In this document: one piece after another, positions 46,157-55,165 of the stretch
Numbering within the stretch: the first letter of the stretch is position 1
Layout: every line of letters starts with the position of its first letter
Notes under the pieces: generated by a model
What the model was told of the DNA's origin: nothing
Databases searched by the model: none
Seen by the model: the letters and a program-made list of their open reading frames with translations, nothing else
Origin: an uncultured virus (IMG/VR IMGVR_UViG_3300042554_000984)
Lineage: Duplodnaviria > Heunggongvirae > Uroviricota > Caudoviricetes > Kyanoviridae
Virus record (IMG/VR): IMGVR_UViG_3300042554_000984
Span: 1 to 64,000 of that record
Reading direction: 5' to 3' (one strand)
DNA: 64,000 nucleotides
Translations under genes and position numbers: made by a program

Positions 46157-46230
46157 GGGGCGAGGGGGTCTTTGGTTGGCCCAGGAGAGTTTATACCTCT
46201 CTGGCGCAGGTTCGAATCCTGATCGCCCTA
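46157..46230 (+). tRNA. tRNA-Ile(TAT), non-canonical D arm
   Basis: Acceptor GGGGCGA/TCGCCCT-A, anticodon arm GAGAG-TTTATAC-CTCTC, T arm CAGG-TTCGAAT-CCTG. Confidence 0.75.
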
Positions 46231-46265
46231 CTTGACGGATAAATACCACCACAAAGGAGATTGCC

Positions 46266-46655
46266 ATGCTTATTCCAAATACTGACTACATCATCATCGA
46301 AACCACCAAGGAAGAATTCGAGAAGCGAACTGACAGAAGCAACGCCAACTTCACCACGGACATGCTCTACAATGTCACGGGCCGAATCTATGCTGTGGGT
46401 GACAGCAAGTTCTCTGACAGCCCTGTGATGGGAGATGGACGGTCTTTCTCTTGGGCACGGAGGCCGGACGAGTTCCCGCTGAAGAACGGCGAGGAAGTCG
46501 TATGTGGTTCTTGGGAACACGCCACGGTCCATGAGGGAAAGCACTTGTTCCTCGTCCGCAAGGACACCGTGCTTGCTGTTTATCGTGAACGGGAACAGGT
46601 CGAAGCGACTTTGTTTGACACCGCAGAGGAACAGGAAGTCCAACTTAACGCTTGA
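46266..46655 (+). CDS. GroES/Cpn10-like co-chaperonin
   Basis: IPNTDYIII...TGRIYAVG...LKNGEEVV...LFLVRKDTVLAV follows the GroES pattern; ATAAATA box and AAGGAG RBS. Confidence 0.55.
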   Translation: MLIPNTDYIIIETTKEEFEKRTDRSNANFTTDMLYNVTGRIYAVGDSKFSDSPVMGDGRSFSWARRPDEFPLKNGEEVVCGSWEHATVHEGKHLFLVRKDTVLAVYREREQVEATLFDTAEEQEVQLNA

Positions 46656-46698
46656 AATTCAATAAATGCACCCCGCCAGAGATAGCATCTCCGGCCCG

Positions 46699-46729
46699 AC
46701 AGCCCCCGCTAGCAGGGGGCTGTTTCTTT
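46699..46729 (+). terminator. rho-independent terminator
   Basis: ACAGCCCCC-GCTAGCA-GGGGGCTGT followed by TTCTTT. Confidence 0.75.
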
Positions 46730-46761
46730 AAATCAGGATGGGGGAAAGGATAAATATGACC

Positions 46762-48009
46762 ATGATAAGGACTTTCTCAAGCCTGATCGAAGAGCGGCAA
46801 CCCGTCATGGAGGCGGTGCAGTCGCAGCATCTTGATCACCTTGAGGACTTGATCTTTTTGGATGGAGGGGTAAAGAAAGCCACCGAAATCCTTAAGAATC
46901 TGGTGAAGTCCTTGGCTTCAGCCACCCCTACGGCAAAGATGGTCATCACCACGAAGTGGGATGGGGCACCGGCAATAGTGGCAGGAATCCACCCGGCAAC
47001 TAAGAAGTTCTTCGTGGCACTCAAGGGAGCAACCCTTTCTGCCAATCCCAAGATTTGCTATACACAGGCAGACATCAACCGGGAGTATGGAGACAAGGCG
47101 GAACTTGCATCCAAACTTTCAGTTTGCCTGAAGAACCTTCCCTCCGTGTTGCCTGCAAAGGGAATCTATCATGGGGACTTGCTCTTCACAGACAACAAGA
47201 AGATCGCCACAATTGACGGTACATCTATGGTGACTTTCCGACCAAACACGATCATGTATGCCGTTCCTGCTGACAGCCCAATGGGAGTGAAGATAAAGGC
47301 TGCAAAGATGGGAATCGTATTCCATACGCAGTACACGGGCACGGGCAAGGAACTCAAGGATCTGTCCAAGTCTCCCCTTTCCTCGCTGCAAGGGTTCAAG
47401 CAGACAACTGCCGTATGGTTCACGGGTGCCACTTTGCCGTCCCCGCCATCAGGATCAACCTTCCTCACGGCAAGCAACGCCAAGCAGATAGTTGACCTTA
47501 TTGGATTGATTGCGGCATCGGCAACCCAAGTCAACTCATTTCTCAAGATTGTGAAGAAGTCCCACGAAAAGGACATCTACGCAGAACTGATGCCCTTCAT
47601 CAATTCGGGGGTTCGGGCAGGAATTTCAAAATACGATTCCGCCAAGTTGAAGGTGTTCATCGAAGGTAAATACAATGCAGCAATCGCGAAGTTGAAGACA
47701 CAGACAAAGATAGCAGAGAAACAAAACGACAAGAAGAAGGCAATTGCCTTCATCGATGCATACGCAGGGCAGTTTGATCAGTTGTTCAAGGTTCACTCGT
47801 TGGTGTCGGAAGCAAAGATGGTGGTAATCAGCAAGTTGTCTGAAGTAAAGACGATAGGAACATACTTGCCAACCGCATCCGGCTTGAAGGCAACCAATCC
47901 CGAAGGATTCGTTGCCGTGTGTGGAAAGACTTGTTCAACCATCAAGTTGATAGACAGATTGGTGTTCGCAAACGCAAACATGAACATAACCAAGGATTGG
48001 AAGAAATGA
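46762..48009 (+). CDS. ligase-like nucleotidyltransferase (KxDG), conserved in T4-like phages
   Basis: HLDHLED, TTKWDGAPAI, HGDLLF, PEGFV, KLIDR..F; N-terminus MIRTFSSLIEE; ATAAATA box. Confidence 0.7.
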   Translation: MIRTFSSLIEERQPVMEAVQSQHLDHLEDLIFLDGGVKKATEILKNLVKSLASATPTAKMVITTKWDGAPAIVAGIHPATKKFFVALKGATLSANPKICYTQADINREYGDKAELASKLSVCLKNLPSVLPAKGIYHGDLLFTDNKKIATIDGTSMVTFRPNTIMYAVPADSPMGVKIKAAKMGIVFHTQYTGTGKELKDLSKSPLSSLQGFKQTTAVWFTGATLPSPPSGSTFLTASNAKQIVDLIGLIAASATQVNSFLKIVKKSHEKDIYAELMPFINSGVRAGISKYDSAKLKVFIEGKYNAAIAKLKTQTKIAEKQNDKKKAIAFIDAYAGQFDQLFKVHSLVSEAKMVVISKLSEVKTIGTYLPTASGLKATNPEGFVAVCGKTCSTIKLIDRLVFANANMNITKDWKK

Positions 48010-51000
48010 AAACCTTCTCGGAAGCAACAAAGAACTTCAAGCCAAAGGGCAAGTCCGTAGTAGTGGCTGTTGGGAGGTTCAATCCCCCCACCACAGGGCA
48101 TGAACTTCTTCTCAAGAAGGTCAAGGAAGTGCAGTCTGCAAAGGGTGCCGATGCTCATGTCATCTACTACAGTTATTCCAACGATCCTAAGAAGAATCCC
48201 CTGACTGCGGCGCAGAAAGCCAAGTATCTCAAGCAATTCTTCCCCGGCTACAAGTTCAAGCAGATGCCCAAGCCTTCGGCAAAGGGTTCGGGTGTATATG
48301 CCTGTATGCAGGAGTTGAGCGACCAAGGCTACACACAGGTTTATGTTGTGACCGGTGCCGATCACATGACGGAATACCAACTTGTCAAGAAGTACATCAA
48401 GAAGACCCCGACACAGAAGGACGGGTACAACTTCAGCAAGTACGAGATAATCAGCGCAGGAGAGCGTGATCCCGATTCTGAGGGAGTGGTCGGCATGTCT
48501 GCAAGCAAGATGCGTAAGGCCGCATTCGATAAGGACATCAAGACCTTCATGACGGGCATTCCTTCAGGAGTTTCCAAGACGGTAGCAAAGCAGATGTACA
48601 ATGATGTCCGCAAGGGAATGAGCCTAAAGGAAGAGGTGATCGTAGAGGAAACCAAGACACCCGTGACGATCATCGCTCTCACTTCAAGCATGGAAGAGAG
48701 CGAGAAAAGCACAATCGGAAAGATGGAGGAAGCCTGCAAGAAGTACAAGGTGAACTTCCATCCGATCCGCATCAAGACCGCCACCATCAACATCGCCAAG
48801 GCAAGTCCCGACAAGATCACCATAGAGAACTTCGATGGCGAAGGAAATGATGTCACCATCATCCCGAACCAGACCCTGTGCGTTGTCCGTGGTGGCACGA
48901 TGAACAGCGAAGTCGGCATTGCCCTCCTCATGTTGTTGCAGAACAACGGCGTATTCATGGTGAACGAACGAGGCGGCATGGATCTGTGTGCAAACAAGTT
49001 GCAGACTGCCATCACGCTAAAGCGACACAACATTCCTCACCCAAAGACTGCATTCGTCGCAGATGCTGAATCCATTCCCGATGCCCTGAAGCAGATCGGA
49101 GGGAAGTTCCCCGTCATCGTCAAAACCCTGACGGGAGCGGAGGGAATTGGCGTATCGATCATCGAAAGCGAAAAGTCACTTGTGTCCGTGCTGCAAAGCC
49201 TGTGGAAGTACGGTGCCGAGATCATTCTTCAGGAATTCATTCCCGGCTTCACCCATGATGTCCGAAGCATCTGTCTCAACGGCAAGATTTTCGCATCTGC
49301 CAAGCGAGACAAGGCCAAGGGAGACTTCAGAACGAATATTGCCCGTGGTTCAAAGGGCGGTTCATTCGAACTATCTGAGGACGAGATCAAGTTGGTGGAA
49401 ACCGTGGCGAGGGTTTCCAAGTGCTACTATGTCGGAGTCGATCATGTGGTCGCTGGTGGAAAGCCTTACATCATAGAGATGAATGCGAGCCCCGGAAGCG
49501 GAAATGTCTACACTCTGTATGAGGACGGAAAGCCGACAAAGGATGTTGATGGCGATGAACTTGTCGAAGAACTCGTCAAGCACCTGTCCAACAAGCAGAA
49601 TTGGAAGTTGTTCAGTTCCGTCGCGGTGGTCGAACCAATAAAGGTCGCAGGCGAGGAATTCTACGGCAAGGTGGATACGGGCAACAGCGGTTACAACTCA
49701 ATCCATGCCACGGACATTAAGATCAACGAGAAGAACCACACAGTCACCTTCAAGTTCAATGGCGAGAAGGAGATGACCAAGCCCATACAGAGCCGTATTC
49801 GTCTTCGCCATGGTTCTTCCAAGGAAGAGGCAGTCCGTCCGACTGTCCTGTTTGATGTTGAATTTAATGGCAGGGAATTCAAGAATGTCAAGTTCAGTCT
49901 TGCCGACAGAAGCCACATGAACTACAAGGTTCTTCTTGGTCTTCGTTTCCTCGTTCAGGCCGGTGTCATGGTCGATCCCAAGGACATGTCGGCTTCGAAG
50001 ACGAAGATCGATGAGGAGAAACTTGCCATGCAAGGCAAGGAAATGAAGAGTCACCTTGACGGTCTGATTTCAAAGATCAGGGAAAAGCATGGAAGCACAA
50101 ATGTGACCTATTCGCAGGCTATGAAGATCGTAGGTGCGACAGGTGCTGCTCGTCTTGCTGCCCGTGGAATGATTAAGCGTGACAGCGGCAAGAAGGAAAA
50201 GGGAGAACTTGGCAAGGAATCCGTGGAGGAATCCAAGTACACAACCAAGACCGGAAAGGCCGTGTCTCCTGCAAGAGACACGAAGGCCGACTTGCCGAAG
50301 AAGTATGTCGCTGGCCTGAGCAAGACGCAGAAGGCAAAGCGAAAGGCACAATTTGACAAGCGCAAGGACATTCCCGACAGCGATCCCCGTGCATGGAAGA
50401 AGTTGCCGGGTGATCCAAAGGAAACCAAGAGAAAGTCCAAGTACACTCAATTGTTTGCCAAGAAGTTTGGGAAGAAGGTTGAAGAGGCAATCGATCAATT
50501 GATGAAGATCGATTCACTCTCCATCCCCATGTCGGAAAAGGTCGAACGAGTCAGGGAATACCAATCCAAGTTGCAGACGAAGGAAGAAAGAGACATCTGC
50601 ACGGTCTTTATTGAAGTCGTCAAGAACGAGATGTACGAACCATATTCCAACATCAAGACAACCTTGGACGAGGATTTCGAGTGGATGATGTACAACAGTA
50701 CGGATTCAGAGTCCACGGCAAGAATCATTAAGAAGAAGTTGCAGGAAGTTCTTGAAATCGGAACCAACGAAATCGTCAAGGCGTATTCCAAGATGACTCC
50801 GGGGCAGAAGTACTACACCGAGGACAAGGCCAAGGAAGAGCAGGATGCCCTTTACAAGGAATGGGAAAAGTTGGTCAACATGGGTCCAAAGGAGTTGGAG
50901 TCCTTCATCGATTCAGATGAGGGCGAAGAAGCAGGACTTTCCCGCAAGGAGGCTTCCAAAGCAGGAGCCAAGGGCGGAAAGATCAAGTCCGGACGAGACT

Positions 51001-51191
51001 CGGCCCGTGCCATTGTACGCATGTTGCAGACCAAGAAGAAGGATTGGACACCCAACGATTGGGAATGGGCACGAAGACAGGTCAATTTCATCACACGCAT
51101 GAAGGGAGCCCAAGGACCGATGCGTGACGAAAAGGGTCGCCCAACAAGGAAACTTCTGGCTCTGAAGATTTGGGGCCACAACCCGGAATAA
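48006..51191 (+). CDS. multidomain protein: cytidylyltransferase-like + RimK ATP-grasp + aspartic protease + small basic modules
   Basis: GRFNPPTTGH/MSASKMR; ANKLQT..HPKT, KTLTGAEGIGV, ILQEFI, DFRTN, GVD, IEMNASPG; KVDTGNS...FSLADR...LLGLRFL; C-terminal VNMGPKELE...WGHNP. Confidence 0.85.
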   Translation: MKTFSEATKNFKPKGKSVVVAVGRFNPPTTGHELLLKKVKEVQSAKGADAHVIYYSYSNDPKKNPLTAAQKAKYLKQFFPGYKFKQMPKPSAKGSGVYACMQELSDQGYTQVYVVTGADHMTEYQLVKKYIKKTPTQKDGYNFSKYEIISAGERDPDSEGVVGMSASKMRKAAFDKDIKTFMTGIPSGVSKTVAKQMYNDVRKGMSLKEEVIVEETKTPVTIIALTSSMEESEKSTIGKMEEACKKYKVNFHPIRIKTATINIAKASPDKITIENFDGEGNDVTIIPNQTLCVVRGGTMNSEVGIALLMLLQNNGVFMVNERGGMDLCANKLQTAITLKRHNIPHPKTAFVADAESIPDALKQIGGKFPVIVKTLTGAEGIGVSIIESEKSLVSVLQSLWKYGAEIILQEFIPGFTHDVRSICLNGKIFASAKRDKAKGDFRTNIARGSKGGSFELSEDEIKLVETVARVSKCYYVGVDHVVAGGKPYIIEMNASPGSGNVYTLYEDGKPTKDVDGDELVEELVKHLSNKQNWKLFSSVAVVEPIKVAGEEFYGKVDTGNSGYNSIHATDIKINEKNHTVTFKFNGEKEMTKPIQSRIRLRHGSSKEEAVRPTVLFDVEFNGREFKNVKFSLADRSHMNYKVLLGLRFLVQAGVMVDPKDMSASKTKIDEEKLAMQGKEMKSHLDGLISKIREKHGSTNVTYSQAMKIVGATGAARLAARGMIKRDSGKKEKGELGKESVEESKYTTKTGKAVSPARDTKADLPKKYVAGLSKTQKAKRKAQFDKRKDIPDSDPRAWKKLPGDPKETKRKSKYTQLFAKKFGKKVEEAIDQLMKIDSLSIPMSEKVERVREYQSKLQTKEERDICTVFIEVVKNEMYEPYSNIKTTLDEDFEWMMYNSTDSESTARIIKKKLQEVLEIGTNEIVKAYSKMTPGQKYYTEDKAKEEQDALYKEWEKLVNMGPKELESFIDSDEGEEAGLSRKEASKAGAKGGKIKSGRDSARAIVRMLQTKKKDWTPNDWEWARRQVNFITRMKGAQGPMRDEKGRPTRKLLALKIWGHNPE

Positions 51192-51196
51192 TTCAA

Positions 51197-51463
51197 ATGC
51201 AAAGATTCAAAAACTACATCTCCGAAGACAAGCCAGCCGCACATACATCCTTGGAGAAGAAGTCCAAGGCTTCAGGCATCCCTTACCGCTTCCTCAAGCA
51301 AGTCTATGACCGTGGAGTGGTCGCATGGAAGGGAGGCCATAGGCCGGGGGCTGGCCCCGAGCAATGGGGTCTGGCAAGAGTCAACAGTTTCATCGTCGGC
51401 GGCAAGACTCGTCATACCGCCGATGCAGACATTTGGAAAAAGTACAAGGGCAGCAAGCGTTAA
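51197..51463 (+). CDS. small basic virion protein (GHRPGA..QWGLARVNSF family)
   Basis: MQRFKNYISE N-terminus; KKSKASGIP..LKQVYDRG..AW. Confidence 0.7.
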   Translation: MQRFKNYISEDKPAAHTSLEKKSKASGIPYRFLKQVYDRGVVAWKGGHRPGAGPEQWGLARVNSFIVGGKTRHTADADIWKKYKGSKR

Positions 51464-51507
51464 ATTTCGCTAAATACCCAAGCATCAACTTCACCTAGAG
51501 GTAAACA

Positions 51508-52425
51508 ATGCACAGTAACAAAATCTCTGCCAATTTGCAAAATGACATTCTGAAGGTTCTTCGTGGCGAAACTATTTCGAAGACCGAACTCCCGACCGCC
51601 ATCATGGAGGCCGCAAAGCAGGCTTCCATCGATCTGGGTCATGCCTTCCTTGACGAGGGCTATCTGTCGGCAGAACGCCGCCGCGACATCCTTCGCCGCA
51701 ACCTCGCAGAGGGGTTGAAGAAGTGCGGATGCACTCCGACCACGGAAATGATCAACCGCTACGAGGAAGAGGCTTCCAAGCCCGTTCAGGTTGATGCTAA
51801 GAAGGAAGTTGCCGAGGAAACCAAGAAGGAAGAAGTCGTTGATGAGGCAGTAGTGACCGAAACCGAAGAAGAAACTCTTACCGAAAGCAAGGCTAAGGTC
51901 ACACAAACAAAAGATGGCCGTTATTTCTTCGAATATCCAGGAATGAGTGCAACAACACGGGCTGGACTTATGCTCTGGGTAAGAGAGGTGTTTGGAACAA
52001 ACGACAAAACCTACACCTCGGCTAATACTAAGAAAGCATATGACACACTTGCCAAACATGCAGATGGAATCAATGCATGGATGAAAAAGAACAATTTCGG
52101 ATCATTTGCCAACGGTACGCACCCTAACTATAAGCACCTTATTGGTTATTATCTGAAGAACCTAAAGGGTGTAAATATTAAGGGCAAGTACGATGTTAAG
52201 AATGATCTCGGAGCCGGTAAGACTTTAAAGAAGGAAGAAGTCGTTGATGAGGCTGCATCCGACATGATGCTTCGCTCTTGGATTCGCAACAATTATCCAA
52301 GCGCCGACAACACCAAGTTCAACAAGATCCTCGCAGCAATGCAGAAGCAGTACAACAAAGACCCCAAGGGCTATACCTACGGTGGCGGCTTCAGCAAGGT
52401 TGCAAAGGACGCAGGGATCAAGTAA
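51508..52425 (+). CDS. modular Glu-rich head-associated protein
   Basis: CTAAATA box, GAGG RBS; repeated KKEEVVDEA linkers. Confidence 0.7.
   Translation: MHSNKISANLQNDILKVLRGETISKTELPTAIMEAAKQASIDLGHAFLDEGYLSAERRRDILRRNLAEGLKKCGCTPTTEMINRYEEEASKPVQVDAKKEVAEETKKEEVVDEAVVTETEEETLTESKAKVTQTKDGRYFFEYPGMSATTRAGLMLWVREVFGTNDKTYTSANTKKAYDTLAKHADGINAWMKKNNFGSFANGTHPNYKHLIGYYLKNLKGVNIKGKYDVKNDLGAGKTLKKEEVVDEAASDMMLRSWIRNNYPSADNTKFNKILAAMQKQYNKDPKGYTYGGGFSKVAKDAGIK
51823..52253 (+). repeat. 26-bp perfect direct repeat flanking an internal module
   Basis: AAGAAGGAAGAAGTCGTTGATGAGGC at 51823-51848 and 52228-52253. Confidence 0.85.
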
Positions 52426-52473
52426 TCCCTTTCCGAGAGACTAAATAACAGAGCCCCCAAAGGAGAACCATAG

Positions 52474-53355
52474 ATGCCACTCTGGAAGAACAACAATCGC
52501 GAAGAGTCGAAGCCGTCATGGCTGAACAAGATCGAGAAGAGACTTTGCGTCCGCACCGTCCGTGGTTGGGAGAAGCCCCTTGATGGGTCTTTCTTCAGCC
52601 AAGGAACCACCGCAACCAACTCGGTTCCTGTTCAGATGGAACTCCTTGTCACCATGCCTTATGATCCTTCGATCACGGGTGGCGTAAACAGCGCATATGC
52701 CTACAGAACAGTAGGCGGGCTCTCCTCGGACAGCCGTGGCATCACTTCGTCCACCGAAGTGCAGTATTCTCCCTACTTCTCGACTCCTTTCGATGGAGAC
52801 AGCGCCACCGCAGGCGGTCCTGCTGGTGTTGGAGTCACCCACGACAACATCACCTATGTTGTTCCCAATGGTGCAACTCGCGGTGCTGGAGTCGGCTACC
52901 AGTATGGCGTGAATGCCTATGGCGTGTCCACCCTCGGTGGCCTGACCGGCGTTACCGCTTACATCAAGATTGTTGCCAACGATACCAACCTGACACAGAA
53001 CCTAACTATCGGTCTGTCGGGAACCTACAACGGAATGGCTCTCTACACCGGCATCGGACTGACTGTCGGCAATGCCGCTCCTGCCATTCCAGAGGTTGTG
53101 TACAACGCCTTCTTCGGTGCAACCGGAGATGATCCGGGGATCAAGCAGTATCGTCAAGACAACATCGCTGTTCTTGTTGTCGGTGGCCAGACTGCTGCCG
53201 GTACAAAGGTTGTTGATCTAATCGTTCGCGACAACTCGGGTGTCACCTTCGGCACCATCAACGGTCTGACGGGAGCAACCGGCTTTGCCGAATTCACGCT
53301 GTCGTTCGACCGTAATGCCGCCGATGCCAAGTGGATCACTTCGTACTCGAAGTAA
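52474..53355 (+). CDS. virion structural protein (G/T/A-rich)
   Basis: MPLW...KPSWL N-terminus typical of T4-like structural proteins; CTAAATA box, AAGGAG RBS. Confidence 0.7.
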   Translation: MPLWKNNNREESKPSWLNKIEKRLCVRTVRGWEKPLDGSFFSQGTTATNSVPVQMELLVTMPYDPSITGGVNSAYAYRTVGGLSSDSRGITSSTEVQYSPYFSTPFDGDSATAGGPAGVGVTHDNITYVVPNGATRGAGVGYQYGVNAYGVSTLGGLTGVTAYIKIVANDTNLTQNLTIGLSGTYNGMALYTGIGLTVGNAAPAIPEVVYNAFFGATGDDPGIKQYRQDNIAVLVVGGQTAAGTKVVDLIVRDNSGVTFGTINGLTGATGFAEFTLSFDRNAADAKWITSYSK

Positions 53356-53368
53356 GTAAGGAGTCAAG

Positions 53369-53965
53369 ATGCGTTTCAAGGACTTGCGTAAGAAGATTGA
53401 GGAAGCAATGCTTCCTACCGACTACTACGGTGGGTATGTTGTCGGCACAAAGGTTGGACCCTTGGACTCTCAGGACAATGCAGTTGATGCTCCCGAGGCC
53501 AGCGTCCACAAACTCACGCATCAGGAATTGAAGAGACTCAACACCTTCCTTGGTGCTTCAGAGGACAAGGCTTACATTGATGTGAATGTAGCCATCAACA
53601 ACATGAAGCAGAAGTTGCAGACACAGGGCATTTCGTTTGACTTCAAGCCCGATGATGTGATGGAAGACGGCGATCACATCTTCCCGCTGAAGCAGTTCGG
53701 CGGACGCTACGGAATGGACGGGACATCCTACAATCCAATCAACGACGATGGCATCACCCATCGTCTTGGTCACGGATTGAACCTGATGATCACCACCATG
53801 CGTCAGTCAAACGGCCTCACCAACATGTGTGCCAAGATTTGTCCTGCCAATGAAATGCCAACCTCTCCCGAGATGAAGCCCAAGAATGCACCCATGAACA
53901 TGTCGGCAAGCACGGTAATGGCAAACAAGAATCCATTCACCAACCCGACATTCTCCAAGCAATAA
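53369..53965 (+). CDS. conserved hypothetical phage protein
   Basis: MRFKDLRKKIEEA; FPLKQFGGRYG...DDGI. Confidence 0.7.
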   Translation: MRFKDLRKKIEEAMLPTDYYGGYVVGTKVGPLDSQDNAVDAPEASVHKLTHQELKRLNTFLGASEDKAYIDVNVAINNMKQKLQTQGISFDFKPDDVMEDGDHIFPLKQFGGRYGMDGTSYNPINDDGITHRLGHGLNLMITTMRQSNGLTNMCAKICPANEMPTSPEMKPKNAPMNMSASTVMANKNPFTNPTFSKQ

Positions 53966-53980
53966 TCGAAGATATGAAGA

Positions 53981-54016
53981 AAGGGGCATCAGTTTCGGCT
54001 GGTGCCCCTTGTTATT
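53981..54016 (+). terminator. rho-independent terminator
   Basis: AAGGGGCATCAG-TTTCGG-CTGGTGCCCCTT followed by GTTATT. Confidence 0.65.
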
Positions 54017-54047
54017 TGGATAGATAATGGTGTATCAATGACTCATC

Positions 54048-54437
54048 ATGCAATTCAAGAAACTAGACAATGACAACTACTCGCTGTATGCAGCGAAATA
54101 CTACGACAATCCAACTTGTCGTGGAGTTGAGGAATTCAACGAGGATTTGACCCGCCTGATATACCTCAAGCGTCTGTTTCGCCGCTATCGAAGGACGGGT
54201 GAATTGCGTGAGCGATTGATACTGAATCATTTGATTACTTTCTACAATGTCTTTGGTGTGGAAGCCGCAACTCGGCTTCTCTTTTTCAAAATAGACCCCG
54301 ATTTGTATGATGTGTTGAAGACCTTCATTGTGTTCCTGAACTACATGGACCCAAAGACAAACACCATAGATGGCATAGATATTATTGCAATTCAGTTGGA
54401 TCAGACGATCATAGATCGATTAAGGACACTCGGGTGA
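54048..54437 (+). CDS. conserved T4-like hypothetical protein
   Basis: YAAKYYDNP.C...EF.EDL.R..YLKRLF.RY...GELRERLILNH. Confidence 0.8.
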   Translation: MQFKKLDNDNYSLYAAKYYDNPTCRGVEEFNEDLTRLIYLKRLFRRYRRTGELRERLILNHLITFYNVFGVEAATRLLFFKIDPDLYDVLKTFIVFLNYMDPKTNTIDGIDIIAIQLDQTIIDRLRTLG

Positions 54438-55162
54438 AGAGCAAGGCACAAGACAAACTCATACAGCATCGCCTGCTTGATCTTGTGCTGACCTCTTGGA
54501 CAGAACAGCCTGCCTTCATGTGGGGCATCATCAACGAGCATGGGGCGATTCTACGCAATCGTGTATCCCTTATGACCAAGGAAGAGAAGGCTGCATATCC
54601 AAGCAACTTCTATGCTCTTGCATGGAAATTCAAGAAACTCCTTGAGACAGCCAAGACTCCAACCGAGATTGCCAAGGCCATCGTCGCTCTCTACGACATC
54701 CGCGAGAAGACGAAGGAAGACATGGTGAATCCAAAGTCCATCGATGAAGCCGCAAGGATCATCTTCAAGGAAACAAACATCGACCTACAGTCGCTACTTG
54801 AAGAGAACCACGATGCCCGTCCGCTTATCGGAAAGTATGAACTAGACGGAAAGCCCGTGTCATTCGAAAAGCCAGTCATGCCGATTGATGAAATCCTTGG
54901 ATTCCCAATTTACAGAAATGGTGAAGACTTGTTCCTGACTCTTGAGGCAAAGAAGACTAGCAGCGAGGATGGAGCAGCAGCCGTGGCTGTTCCTGCCAAC
55001 AATGTCGGATCAGGAAACATCGCCGGTGTGTCGCCGGGTCAGGAACCGCCGGGTCCAAAGGGTGGGTTCAAGGCATTGGCCAAGATGAAGAAGAAAAGGA
55101 TCATGCAACTCAGGAGGGATTCAAAGACCCTCAATGTGATTGCCAAAGAAGACAAGGAGTAA
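54434..55162 (+). CDS. conserved T4-like hypothetical protein
   Basis: W.EQPAF.WGIINEHG; PANNVGSGNIAG..EPPG; GTGA coupling. Confidence 0.7.
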   Translation: MKSKAQDKLIQHRLLDLVLTSWTEQPAFMWGIINEHGAILRNRVSLMTKEEKAAYPSNFYALAWKFKKLLETAKTPTEIAKAIVALYDIREKTKEDMVNPKSIDEAARIIFKETNIDLQSLLEENHDARPLIGKYELDGKPVSFEKPVMPIDEILGFPIYRNGEDLFLTLEAKKTSSEDGAAAVAVPANNVGSGNIAGVSPGQEPPGPKGGFKALAKMKKKRIMQLRRDSKTLNVIAKEDKE

Positions 55163-55165
55163 GAC

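Noticed and set aside
46675..46696. Small hairpin GCCAGAGAT-AGC-ATCTCCGGC before the terminator as a riboswitch
   Set aside because: Too short and no aptamer consensus that I can recognise.
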